Below, piece after piece: positions 11,765 through 24,539 of a stretch of DNA of 64,000 bases. The number at the start of each line of letters is the position of its first letter. The first letter of the stretch is position 1. Origin of the DNA: Macrostomum lignano (lineage: Eukaryota). The position numbers and the translations under genes are program-made. A model generated the notes under the pieces. It ran no database searches, was not told where the DNA came from, and worked only from the letters and a program-made list of their open reading frames with translations. The stretch is from NCBI GenBank assembly GCA_002269645.1, contig NIVC01001217.1:62001-126000 (forward strand), in the 5' to 3' direction.

Positions 11765-14700
11765 ATGGCAAATTTCTTTGAAGTTGGCGAAGTTCGCGTG
11801 GCCACTGACGAAGATTTCATGACTTTCAAAGCATTGTGCACCAACCGCGATGGCTGGAAGCAGGAGTACGTGAAAGGCACGACAGAAGTGTGCACCAAGT
11901 CTACTAACCAGACCAATATTAAAATGATGAAGGTACGACCCTAAAACTTGCTGTCTCATAATTTCTGAGCAGGTTGTATCGATGCAATTTTGCTGTGTTA
12001 AATAGTGCCATATAATTAGCAAGTGAGATACCAGTCACAAACTGATATCTCAGTCACAAGCTGGCATCTGTTAAAATCTGATATCTCAGTCACAAGCTAA
12101 CACTCAGTTACAAGCTGATATCTCGATCGCAAGCTAGCACTCAGTCACAAGGTGGCATTTCAGTCACAAGCTGATATCTAAATCACGGGTCGCTTTCACA
12201 AGCCCTAAATTTCACAACGTCGCAAGACACAAACTTTCATAAGCTCTAAATTTTATAAACCCTAAAGACCTAAATTTCACAAGCCCTAAATTTCATAACA
12301 CCTAAAAGGCATGCACAGAATTTCAAAAGCCCTAAATTTCACTATCTCTAAATTTCACAAACCCTAAATTTCACAAGCCCTAAATTTCACAACGTCGCAA
12401 GACACAAACTTTCATAAGCTCTAAATTTCATAAACCCTAATTTTCACATCGTCGAAAAGTTGTGCACAGAATTTCAGAAGCTCTAAATTTCACAACGCCT
12501 AAAAACACTGGAGATACAATCTTTCACAAGACCTAAATTTCACAACGTCTAAAAACACTGGAGATACAATCTTTCACAAGACCTAAATTTCACAACGTCT
12601 AAAAGCACGTCTGAGAGATTGTATCTCCATAGTGTTTTTAGGCGTTGTGAAATTTAGGTCTTGTGAAAGATTGTATCTCCATAGTGTTTTTAGGCGTTGT
12701 GAAATTTAGAGCTTCTGAAATTCTGTGCATGCCTTTTAGGTGTTATGAAATTTAGGGCTTGTGAAATTTAGGTCTTGTGAAATCTGCTGCATTGCTTATT
12801 TTCGACGTTGTGAAAATTAGGGTTTATGAAATATAGGTCTTATGAAAGGTTCTGGTTTCGACGTTGTGAAAATTAGGGTTTGTGAAACGACCCTTAAATC
12901 ACAACTCAAAATTTCTCAGCATAAATAGCTTGCTTTTTCTAATAGCTGCTATTAGTAGGAAAGCGAAATAATTGATGTCAATCAGTATACTTTTATTACT
13001 CCACCCGTACCGTATCCCATTCAGGTCGACTTCGATTTGAGCGACGTGTCAATGGAGCTTGTCTACGATGTGCTGCACGACCCTGATTATCGACGCCTAT
13101 GGGACCGCTGCATGGTTGAGGGCCGAGACCTCTGCCACATTGATGCGAATAACGATATCGGATATTATGCTAGTGAGTCTCCGCTGATTAGATTGGCGAG
13201 AGATTAAATGGAAATGGATTAGATTGGCCATAGACTAGATGGAGATGGATTAAATTGGTTAGAGACTAGATCGAGTTGGATTAGATTGGCCATAGACTAG
13301 ACCGAGTTTGATTAGATTGGTTAGAGACTAGATCAAGATGGGTTAGATTCGCCATAGACTAGATCGAGATGGATTAAATTGGTTAGAGACTAGATCGAGT
13401 TTGATTAGATTGGTTAGAGACTAGATCAAGATGGGTTAGATTCGCCATAGACTAGATCGAGATGGATTAGATTGGCCATAGACTAAATCAAAATGGATTA
13501 GATTGACCATAGACTAGATAGAGATGGATTAGATTGGCCATAGACTAGATCGAGATGGATTAGATTGCCCATAGACTAAATCATTAAGATAAGTTTAACT
13601 TGAGATATATTGAGATTAATATATGCGTCATATTGGGTAGACAATGGATGCAAAAACGCTGCCATTGACTAAATCTTTTACTATAAGTAGTGAAACTTGG
13701 CAGCGAGTGGATAATTTTGCTGTCTTGCATCTAGTTGCCTTGATTAGCATTAATCAAAGATCTGTGTTTTCTGCAACTAAAATCTGCTGCTAAATTGTCG
13801 GATTCACGTGACATTCGAAAAAAGAAATAAATCAAGTCTTTTGCTAATCAGCGGTCAAGCAGACACGAAAGCGACAGTCCCCGCCTATTTCGTGTAAAAC
13901 AATCACCATTTCAGTTCAGAGCTTGCCGCCCTTGAAAAATCGCGACTTTGTGACGCAGCGGTCTTGGATGGCCACGCCGCTGGAATGCATCATTCTGAAT
14001 CATTCCGTCTTTCACAGGGTGAGAATTGTCATTGGTATTTGTCTCCTTACAGGATACTCCCTCCCCATGCTGTGTCTGCTGTCCCCTCCCCATGCTGCTG
14101 TGTCTGCTCTGTGCCCTACCCATGCTGTGTCTGCTCTGTCCCCTCCCCATGCTGTCTGCTCTGTCCCCTCCCCATGCTGCTGTGTCTGCTCTGTCCCCTC
14201 CCCATGCTGTCTGCTCTGTCCCCTCCACATGCTGCTGTGTCTGCTCTGTGCCCTACCCATGCTGTGTCTGCTCTGTCCCCTCCCCATGCTGTCTGCTCTG
14301 TCCCCTCCCCATGCTGCTGTGTCTGCTCTGTCCCCTCCTCATGCTGCTGTGTCTGCTCTGTCCCCTCCCCATGCTGCTGTGTCTGCTCTGTCCCCTCCCC
14401 ATGCTGTCTGCTCTGTCCCCTCCCCATGCTGCTGTGTCTGCTCTGTCCCCTCCCCATGCTGCTGTGTCTGCTCTGTCCCCTCCCCATGCTGCTGTATCTG
14501 CTCTGTCCCCTCCCCATGCTGCTGTGTCTGCTCTGTCCCCTCCCCATGCTGCTGTGTCTGCTCTGTCCCCTCCCCATGCTGCTGTGTCTGCTCTGTCCCT
14601 TCTCCATGCTGCTGCACTGCACTCCAGCAATTCTAAGTGTTTTGTTTCTTCACTTATTTAAAGCTCATTACGATTCATGTTTATCTTTTATGCTTAAAAC

Positions 14701-16905
14701 TTGTAAATATTCTTTATGATTGTTTTAAACTGAAATTTGCCTGAAAAAACTTTAAAAATGAAACTAGTTTTCGTCTGAAGTTTAAGTACTTAGTACGTTA
14801 TTTCTCATGTTAATCTTAGAATTAAAGATTTCTTGTAGCCCCTTTGTTTTCGCAATTGACTATTTTTTCACCTGTTTTTGAGATGCTATACCTTCATGTA
14901 AAGCACCCTTAAGCAGCCCGTATTTACTCCAACACCCACTCGCAGCTTTTAGAGGTCGCGGGATAGAGGTTGTTTATTATTTCCCGTTTTTGACATTCAT
15001 TTGTTTGCCAAGTTTCAAGTTTTAATTAAAAAAACAAATCTATTCTTTATAGACTTTTTGAGCTCACAACTTCAATAAATGAATGGATATGCGGTATAAG
15101 GTTATATTAGGGCTATAAGACTGGATTACTTACTAAGTGGATCATAACTGGCTGGATACGATCTATGAAGCAGATGTACGCATACGGTACTCGGAGACTA
15201 ATGTAATTATTATTCTAAAACCTGTGCACAGAGCCTGAAGCAATAGAGGCCAATCCCTCATCGTTTCACATCACAGCGCTTGCCAGACGGGAATCGAATC
15301 ATAACTGCTCATTTGAGCTCTCCCTCTATCTCAAACCCTAGCTAAAATCAGGGGTCTCGACCTTGCGCAGATCTCGACCCTATGCAAAAGACCTCATTCT
15401 CGGCACTGTCAGGACCATCCTTTAGATGCCCAGAATAAGGTTGGTGGCAGAACTACTTTAAGCAGTTCATACCTTCTTGGCCGTAGTTGGGATTAGAACA
15501 GTGGGACTTTGCTATCGGACCACAACCCAAGCTACCAATTCTCCATCTAGGTCGGGTGCCCCTGGGAGGGTGAGGTCACAGATTAAAGAATGACTGGATG
15601 GGCCACTCAGGCATATATACTCGTACTTAGCAAAACAGCTTTCTACTTTCAGTTCAGTAGCAAAAAAGATTGCATAAGCTATTTTCTAAAAATAAAGGCA
15701 GCTGAAATGGCTTTGATAAGTTTAGAAGCCAAGCTTGCAGGCGTAAACAACTTGCTAATTGGTTCAGCAGTAATGTACATTAGCCAGTCTACTGAAATGT
15801 ACATGGCAGCTTTAGGCTGGAATTCCGAGAAAGGCAATAAAAATTGGGGCGGGGCGGGGCGGGGGGTAGTGTGGAAAGGCGCGACTGGAGGCCGGCTTAG
15901 GCTGGGGGTAAGAGCCAATAAATTGAGCCTTGGCTTTAAAAATACAAAATGCTTCGGTTTAATTTACTACTGAACTGAAAGTAGCTTACATGCAAATGTG
16001 CTGAGTGGCCCATCTGGCTATTCTAGTATCTGTGGCTGAGGTCTGATCGCCATCTACCACCTCGGGCCATAGCTCTGTAAGCTATGGTTGCCCAGGTTAC
16101 AGCAAAATCAAGTGTGATTTTCCTGAGCTGATAACTGGCATGTAAAAAAGCACATCTATTGCGTCTGCTTGCAAAATAATGCATTCTACTCTACTTTTAT
16201 TATTGAAAGCCTTTTAAAATCAGACTAGATGACTTCGTAAACCAAAATTGCACTAACAAAGGTGAATAGAAACTTTTTCATCCAGGATCCCAGGATTGGC
16301 AAAACTCGGTATTCTGTATTCCCTAGCGGCATCCTGTTTCTAAGGCAATTTTTGCTGTACTATTTCCTTTCTTTTAGCCATATGTTGTCGGGGCAGCATG
16401 GTTTCATGTTTATGTCATTATTTTTTTTTTCGTTTTATCTCACAGTCTCCTGTTTTGCTATGTAGAACGAGAGTTTTGATTCTGGACAAAAAGTTATTGT
16501 AGAAATATACTCATATTTTTTTCTCAGACATCAGCTGACACGTAGATAGGTTGGCTTACATTTTTAGTCAAGTTTTTAGCCAAAATCGCACGATTCTTTT
16601 TACGAGTAATGCCTTAGATTTCAATCTCCTTGAGTTTCTTACTAACAAAGAATTCAACTTTCTAAATGTGCGAGATTTTTCAAATGCGACAATATTTGCT
16701 ACAAAGAAGCTACAGTGGGAAAAACAAAAAAAGACAAAATTCATGACTTTTAAATATCATTTACGTCCGTTTGATACTATCAATGAGCAGATGTACTCGT
16801 AAGTGATATTAAAAAGCTATTTTTTCCGAAGGACAATAAATAAATGCAATTCCAATGTCAAACGAGACGAAAAGACTGTCGTTAAAATTTCTTGCAGCTT
16901 CTACG

Positions 16906-16976
<71 letters not shown>

Positions 16977-16977
16977 T

Positions 16978-17063
<86 letters not shown>

Positions 17064-17076
17064 GATAGATAGATAT

Positions 17077-17111
<35 letters not shown>

Positions 17112-17124
17112 TAGATAGATAGAT

Positions 17125-17196
<72 letters not shown>

Positions 17197-18024
17197 ATAT
17201 ATAAATAGATATATAGATAAATAGATAGACAGATAGACATAGATTGATACATACATGGATAGATAGATGGATACTTGTAGATAGATGAAAGCCTGAGGGT
17301 CCTGAAGAAAGCCGTATTTAAGACAGCAAATTTGCGTGACACTTTTGAGAACAGGAAATATCACAGCCATGGGCTTCCTTGCAGAAGAAATTTAGCTTCC
17401 ATTATCTCAGATAAAAAACAACTGCTTTCTACCCCACAGCGCCCAAGGATTAAGAGGCGATATTTGAATTTAGACACACTTAGCAGACACAAGCGAATAT
17501 TAATTGAAAGCCTTTGCAAATCTATTGACTATTTATTTAGATAGGCGACAAGAAAAAGATGATTCATTCAAAGGAGTAAAAACTGCAGGATGAGAAATGC
17601 TATTAAGGAGAAAATTCAAGCCAAGGAGAGCTAGTCATTAGCCATCTGGAATCGGCAACTCCGCCCAAATCAGCAGAATGAGTTGATTACTTTTAATCCA
17701 GATCCTATATCCAATTGATCTCCTGATCTTGATAATGATAGCAAATCACTAGGGGGTGGCAAAAGCGCCGGGCATTATGAGACCTGCGGGCATCGTCTTA
17801 GACAGGTAGGGGTGGCTGATGTACTCCGGGAGTCAGCACTAGCTAATAATCAAGCCAATGTGCAGATTTAGTTGTTAAAAATGAAGAAATGCCTGCGACT
17901 GAAGGGACAGGGAACTGTTCCTGGGGTAAGAGTTTTGGGGAGCAGATAGGATCAATGCTTGAGCAGAGTCAATTCTCATGCATATTAGTTATCTATCATC
18001 TATCTATCATCTATCATCTATCTT

Positions 18025-18067
<43 letters not shown>

Positions 18068-18115
18068 ATCTATCTTTCTATCTATATATCTATCTATCTA
18101 TCTATAATCTATCGT

Positions 18116-18200
<85 letters not shown>

Positions 18201-21200
18201 AATCCCCGGGCGCAGCAGGAATATTCTTCTGGTTTAATATTTAAAGGGTTCCCGTTTCTAATTAACACAAATCTATTAAAACCCTTGCTATAGAATTTCC
18301 CTAATCTTCTTGATCCACTTTGTCCTTATTATTTGAATGCTAAAATCGTTCTCACTTCAAAAATGGTTTTCATAGCCTTCTGTATGTCTACTTCAAATTT
18401 TTTTTAATTATGTTCTTCTAGTGATCACAGACTGACAGGAAGGTAAGGTCGAAAAATAGAAAATTGAGCTTAATCACTTCAAAACGGTGCAGTCCGTTAA
18501 GCAACACGCCGTTTTGAATTTTGAATCAATTCTCTAACTGGTTAAAAGAGTAAATGCGTTTAGCTGTTCCGATGTTTCCTTGGAACTTTAAGATAATAAT
18601 TTTTAGTATATGGATTCCTGGTTGATCCATATTGGCTCCACTTTTTTGGCCGTCCCGGATGTGTCACCTCCTTGTTGAACGATTCTTTGTGTGCTTTGGC
18701 CGAGCCGTTCGCGCAGCCAAGGAGACCTATGGAACCAAAACCTGGAGTAAGCCAACCTTCCCTTATAAACCCTTTATTTAGACAACTTTAGGCTGAATTC
18801 AGTATTTCGGTTTACATAATTTGTTTCATAGCTTCAATTTGTTTGAACGGATCTTTCGTAAACTTGGTCTCATTTTGAAGCTTAAAAATTGGAAGCAAAC
18901 AAAGAAAATCTTGATAATCCTTCTAAACAGAACTGTGTCAGCCTAAAGTCTGAAATTAGGCTAAGGGTGTTTAGGCAAGAGCTTCTACTCCAGACCGTGG
19001 TTCTGGGTCTCCTTGGCGAAGCGATGACTGATGCGAGATGATTATTCGAGGGGTTCGAGGGGACACGGCTGGAATCTGCGGTCGGTAACTGGTATTTTTG
19101 TGGGCCCGAAACGATTTGCAAAAGCGAAGAAAAGCTGGGGATCCCTGAAAAGCCGATACCACATTCGAAAATGGGTTTGCGGCCTGCGACATGGAGCTCT
19201 AGGATTAGCCGTCTGGAGTAAATTCAAACGGGGGGGGGTTCACAAGACCTAAATTTCACAGAGCCTTAAAGTTAAACATCCACTTTCATCATAGCACCTA
19301 AACTTAATCGAAGTGATTAAGGAGGCTTCCCTGATGCAGGTCATAAACTAAAGAAACTCACGCTCCAGATGTTCTTTTTAGAGTACTCCTTGGCCTTTAA
19401 CGTGTGAATCAATGACTCACCCGATTTGGGAAAAGGACAGAAAAATATTGAAGGAGTCAGGAAAAAGGGAAAGCTGCACAAAAAAGTCGTGCTAAGCAAT
19501 AGGAATATAAGATGCCACTAATGTTCTTCATGGTGGTTTGACGGAACTTCAGTATTCGCTGACAAAAGTTCAAGTGTGAGAAGTATTCTTGCTTTCTGTA
19601 CAAGCCTATATTAAAGCATTGTCCTTCAACCTATGTGCCTGTGTGATCGCCTCTCAGTATTTATTATTGTATTCGTTTCTTAGTGTACGCGCACGTGACG
19701 CTCGCCCCGCCTCAAGCGTCAAGCCTTCTCGTTTCGTGCATAGCACGTTATACGCGATGAAACGCCTCCCCCCGCAAATCTATGTGTACTTGCACGTTTC
19801 TCTCACATCATCTATCTATCTGTCTGTCTATCTGTCTATCTATCTATCTATCTGTCTATCTATCATCTATCTATCTATCTATCTATCTGTCTGTGTCTGT
19901 CCGTCTGTCTGTCTGTCTGTCTATTTTATATCTACCCTCACGCATGGGCTAGTAAAGGCAGCAAGCGGGGGGAGATCCTAAGGATGATTTATATTTAAAT
20001 ATAAAGGTTCCCTATATACCAGTACAAAAGAGTGCATAAATATTCACACGTAGGCAGTAGGCTGCGGGCACCCTCACGCAACACCTTTGGCGACACCGTC
20101 CCACACCCATCGCTGAGGCACATTCCGCTGACTCCTGGGCACATGCAAGCGCGACAATACTGTACGCAGACACGCACTCACACTCGCTCACACAGGGTGC
20201 ACAGCGGCCCTGGTGTTCTAATAGTCAGGCATGCACACTGTCTTGGGGTTGGAAATTTTCGAGCACAAGCACCAAATGAATGTTTGCGCACGGCTGCCCC
20301 CCTCAACTTGTCGATGAATCTTTCTGTAAAGTGACCCGCAATCTCTGTGTCATCATTATGTCTGTCATAAGCGTCACCGCTAGTCTGTATTAAACCTTAA
20401 TCCGCAGGACGCCCCGCCGCGCAAAGGCTTCGTTCGCGGCATCTCCTTCATCACTGGCTACTGGCTGATCTCTACTGGGGTCAAGTCCTGCCACCTCACC
20501 TACGTGGCCCAGTGCGATCCCAGGGGTGAGTCTTTGGCAGTTGCAAATTCTTTGATTCCATTTAAACGCTTTAGTTTAGATTGATCGCTAGTTTTAAGGG
20601 CATTAAGTGCCCTGGAGTCCTAGACTGCCATTGTAGCTCCATGGACTGCCATTGTAGCTCCATGGACTGCCATTGTAGCTCAATGTACTGCCATTGTAGC
20701 TCCTTGTACTGCCATTGTAGCTCCATGGACTACCATTGTAGCTCCATGGACTGCCATTGTAGCTCAATGTACTGCCATTGTAGCTCCATGGACTGCCATT
20801 GTAGCTCCATGGACTGCCATTGTAACTCAATGTACTGCCATTGTAGCTCCTTGTACTGCCATTGTAGCTCCATGGACTACCATTGTAGCTCCATGGACTG
20901 CCATTTTAGCTCCATGGACTGCCATTGTAGCTCCATGGACTACCATTGTAGCTCCATGGACTGCCATTGTAGCTCCATGTACTGCCATTGTAGCTCCATG
21001 TACTGTCATTGTAGCTCCATGGACTACCATTGTAGCTCCATGTGCTGCCATTGTAGCTCCATGGACTGCCATTTTAGCTCCATGTACTGCCATTGTAGCT
21101 CAATGTACTGCCATTGTAGCTCCATGTACTGCCATTGTAGCTCCATGGACTGCCATTTTTAGCTCCATGGACTGCCATTGTAGCTCCATGTACTGCCATT

Positions 21201-24200
21201 GTAGCTCAATGTACTGCCATTGTAGCTCCATGTACTGCCATTGTAGCTCCATGGACTGCCATTGTAGCTCCATGGACTGCCATTGTAGCTCCATGGACTA
21301 CCATTGTAGCTCCATGTGCTGCCATTGTAGCTCCATGGACTGCCATTGTAGCTCCATGTGCTGCCATTGTAGCTCCATGGACTGCCATTTTTAGCTCCAT
21401 GTACTGCCATTGTAGCTCAATGTACTGCCATTGTAGCTCCATGGACTGCCATTGTAGCTCCATGGACTGCCATTGTAGCTCAATGTACTGCCATTGTAGC
21501 TCCTTGTATTGCCATTGTAGCTCCATGGACTGCCATTTTAGCTCCATGTACTGCCATTGTAGCTCAATGTACTGCCATTGTAGCTCCATGGACTGCCATT
21601 GTAGCTCAATGTACTGCCATTGTAGCTCCATGTACTGCCATTGTAGCTCCATGGACTACCATTGTAGCTCCATGGACTGCCATTGTAGCTCCATGGACTG
21701 CCATTGTAGCTCCATGGACTGCCATTGTAGCTCCATGGACTGCCATTGTAGCTCCATGGACTGCCATTGTAGCTCCATGGACTGCCATTGTAGCTCCATG
21801 GACTGCCATTGTAGCTCCATGGACTGCTATTGTAAAGTGTCGCGTGTCAATTTAATCTGTTGTTTATATAAATTCCTATAATAAGGACCCAAGACCAGAC
21901 AAAGTGAGAGTGGCAGAGTCAAAAGTACAGTCTGCTGTCTACTCAGCATCTGTTAAGTGTCAATATAATTATTTTTCAATCAAATACTAGATAGAAATGC
22001 AGCATAAAATGGTGATTATTATTTATTAGTAATACTAAAGCCTTTCTATGTTATTTAGGGCAGGTGGCAGGGCCACTTGGTTCGGTTCAATCAACAGACA
22101 AGACCACGAGTAAAATTTTATTATATTCAGCTATCTGGTTAAATGTATACTACCGTATGTATGAATGAAGGTAAATAGGGCTCATCCCCGCCACTCCTGC
22201 TGTCATCTGTCACTTTAGCATCTTTTGATTCTTGAAATCACAGAAATTCGTCTTTTTTGAATTGCTTTGTTCGCAATTAAGGCTTTGGAATGGGGGCGGG
22301 CGGGTGATGGCCGACTGAGGCGGCATCCCGGAATGATGGCTCCCCTCAGACAGGACACCAGATGTTTATAAGCTTGTGCGTGTGTGGCCGATGTGATCTA
22401 TCGCGGGGAGAGCAGGTTAGGAGCCCCTCGTTGTTCGTTGCTCCCCTACCTTCCCTCCCTCCCCAGCTCTTGTGTTGATGGCCTATTTTGGTCAAGTGGC
22501 ATTTTGTCAGAGAGTTTTACGCAGTCAGTCAGTCACAGAGACGCTAAATTTTGCTGAGCCTCAGAACTGGACTGGAAAGCCAGGTTAGGGAATTTTCATC
22601 CTCTACGAGTCGTACAATGGATTTCAAGAATGATATAGCTCTCATTCGTATAATATGCTGAGTTATAATTTGCATAAAAGCCTTTTATCGAAACCTGCCC
22701 CATCTGTCATCGAATCTCAACTGTCTCGAACAAGTCTGGAGTAGTACTTTGCTCAACTTTTGGTCAGCTTTTGAATGTTGAACAACTTTTCTCGTAGCTT
22801 TCTGGTTAGCTTTGGACGATTGTACTATTAGCAAGTCAATGAGTCAATGAGTGAGTCAATGAGTCAGCCAGTCAGTCAGTGAGTCAGTCAGTCAGTGAGT
22901 GAGTCAGCCAGTCAGCCAGTCAGTCAGTCAGTGAGTCAGCCAGTCAGTCAGTGAGTCAGCCAGTCAGACAGTCAAGTCAGTCAGTCAGTGAGTCAGTGAG
23001 TCAGTGAGTCAATGAGTCAGCCAGTCAGTCAGTCAGTGAGTCAGTCAGTCAGTCAGTGAGTCAGTCAGTCAGTCAGTCAGTCAGTCAGTCAGTCAGTCAG
23101 CCAGTCAGTCAGTCAGCCAGTCAGTCAGTCAGTCAGTCAGCCAGTCAGTGAGTCAGTGAGTCAGCCAGCCAGTCAGTCAGTCAGTCAGTCAGTCAGTCAG
23201 TCAGCCAGTCAGTCAGTCAGCCAGTCAGTCAGTCAGTCAGTCAGCCAGTGAGTCAGTCAGTCAGTCAGTCAGTCAGTCAGTCAGTCAGTCAGACAGTCAG
23301 TGAGTCAGTCAGTCAGTCAGTCAGTCAGTCAGACAGTCAGTGAGTCAGTGAGTCAGTCAGTCAGTCAGTGAGTCAGTCAGTCAGTCAGTCAGTCAGTCAG
23401 ACAGTCAGTGAGTCAGTCAGTCAGTCAGTCAGTCAGTCAGTCAGTCAGTCAGAGAGTCAAATCAGGTCAAATCAAAGAGTCAAATCAAATCAAGTCAGTG
23501 AGTCAGTGAGTCAGTGAGTCAGTCAGTCAGTCAGTCAGTCAGTCAGTCAGTCAGACAGTCAGTGAGTCAGTCAGTCAGCCAGTCAGACAGTCAAGTCAGT
23601 CAGTCAGTGAGTCAGTGAGTCAGTGAGTCAATGAGTCAGCCAGTCAGTCAGTCAGTGAGTCAGTCAGTCAGTCAGTGAGTCAGTCAGTCAGTCAGTCAGT
23701 CAGTCAGTCAGTCAGCCAGTGAGTCAGTCAGTCAGCCAGTCAGTCAGTCAGCCAGTCAGTCAGTCAGTCAGTCAGCCAGTCAGTGAGTCAGTGAGTCAGC
23801 CAGCCAGTCAGTCAGTCAGTCAGTCAGTCAGTCAGTCAGCCAGTCAGTCAGTCAGCCAGTCAGTCAGTCAGTCAGTCAGCCAGTGAGTCAGTCAGTCAGT
23901 CAGTCAGTCAGTCAGTCAGTCAGTCAGTCAGTCAGTCAGTGAGTCAGTCAGTCAGTCAGTCAGCCAGTCAGTCAGTCAGTCAGTCAGTCAGTGAGTCAGT
24001 CAGTCAGTCAGCCAGCCAGTCAGTCAGTCAGTCAGTCAGTCAGACAGTCAGTGAGTCAGTGAGTCAGCCAGTCAGTCAGTCAGTCAGTCAGTCAGTCAGC
24101 CAACCCGCTCCCCACAGGCAAGCTGCCAGCGTGGGTGGTGAACAAGGCTTCAACGCTGGTGGCACCCCGAGTGGCTCGCGGGCTGCACAAGGCTGCATTG

Positions 24201-24410
24201 AAATACGACGCCTGGAAGTCGAAGAACCGACCAGACTGGAAGCCGTGGCTCAATCCTCAGCAAATCGAGGTGCCCAGACTGCGACCAGAGGACGTGCTCC
24301 GCTCGCCGGATGTTGAGCTGGGCTCGGCCATAGACGAGACCGGGCTGCAGGAGAGCGAATGCTCCACGGGCACCTACGAGGCGCCTGACGAGGCGACGGC
24401 AACCGCCTAA
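11765..24410 (+). CDS. STARD10: START-domain protein 10 (PCTP-like), 5 exons: 11765-11932, 13025-13172, 13915-14018, 20408-20525, 24118-24410
   Basis: All four introns are GT-AG with matching phases (0,1,0,1). Joined protein has [75 protein letters not shown] and WKPWLNPQQ, hallmark motifs of the STARD10 subfamily. Confidence 0.93.
12187..12893. mobile_element. Mutator-like foldback element (707 bp) in STARD10 intron 1
   Basis: Termini GGGTCGCTTTCACAAGCCCTAAATTTCACAACGTCG and CGACGTTGTGAAAATTAGGGTTTGTGAAACGACCC; arms built of tandem TTTCACAA/CCCTAAA subrepeats that invert near 12610; 9-bp TSD ctaaatcac (12178-12186) and ttaaatcac (12894-12902). Confidence 0.8.
13190..13585. repeat. About 30-bp minisatellite GATTAGATTGGCCATAGACTAGATCGAGATG in STARD10 intron 2
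   Basis: Degenerate tandem units starting just after the exon 2 donor. Confidence 0.85.
14060..14612. repeat. 30-33 bp minisatellite CCATGCT(GCT)GTGTCTGCTCTGTCCCCTCC in STARD10 intron 3
   Basis: Tandem units; source of six overlapping repetitive ORFs in the track. Confidence 0.95.
15577..16034. mobile_element. Non-autonomous P-element-like MITE, copy 1
   Basis: CACAG...CTGTG termini with long imperfect TIRs (GATGGGCCACTCAG / CTGAGTGGCCCATC; CTACTTTCAGTTCAGTAG / CTACTGAACTGAAAGTAG); 8-bp TSD ggtgaggt (15569-15576) and gctgaggt (16035-16042); near-identical copy at 31496. Confidence 0.8.
16905..17280. repeat. (GATA)n microsatellite
   Basis: Directly visible. Confidence 0.97.
17990..18200. 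repeat. (TATC)n microsatellite
   Basis: Directly visible; inverted relative to the (GATA)n array. Confidence 0.97.
19810..19925. repeat. (TCTA)/(TCTG) microsatellite
   Basis: Directly visible. Confidence 0.9.
20060..20255 (-). mobile_element. Truncated, diverged copy of the SINE at 43740-44110
   Basis: Collinear matches such as ACAGCGGCCCT, TACGCAG..ACGCAC and AGGCATG(C/T)ACACT...TTGG(T)GGTTGG with 43830-43980; no tRNA head visible. Confidence 0.55.
20620..21830. repeat. 21-bp minisatellite CTGCCATTGTAGCTCCATGGA in STARD10 intron 4
   Basis: About 55 tandem units; gives the spurious [14 protein letters not shown] ORFs. Confidence 0.97.
22840..24100. repeat. (CAGT)n microsatellite with GAGT/CAGC variants and an internal duplication of about 620 bp
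   Basis: Ends about 17 bp before the exon 5 acceptor; marker GACAGTCAAG recurs near 22967 and 23586. Confidence 0.95.
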
Positions 24411-24539
24411 ATCCAATTTTTAATCCCTGAACAAGCACTGCTCAGAGTTGACAGTTTTGTGACAGCGTCTGATGCTCTTTCTGTGGTTTTACGCTGCTGA
24501 ATATTTTGTTAGATTTTTTTTCGGTGACCCAGCCACTCC

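Noticed and set aside
13964-14719. Cys/Pro-rich overlapping ORFs
   Set aside because: Only 13915-14018 is exon; the rest is intronic minisatellite.
17300-19260. Possible decayed transposase fragments in STARD10 intron 3
   Set aside because: Short ORFs with no recognisable DDE/RT motif; cannot be supported without a database search.
20581-21881. Metallothionein-like (MDCHCSS)n ORFs
   Set aside because: Translation of a 21-bp array inside STARD10 intron 4, whose flanking exons splice in phase without it.
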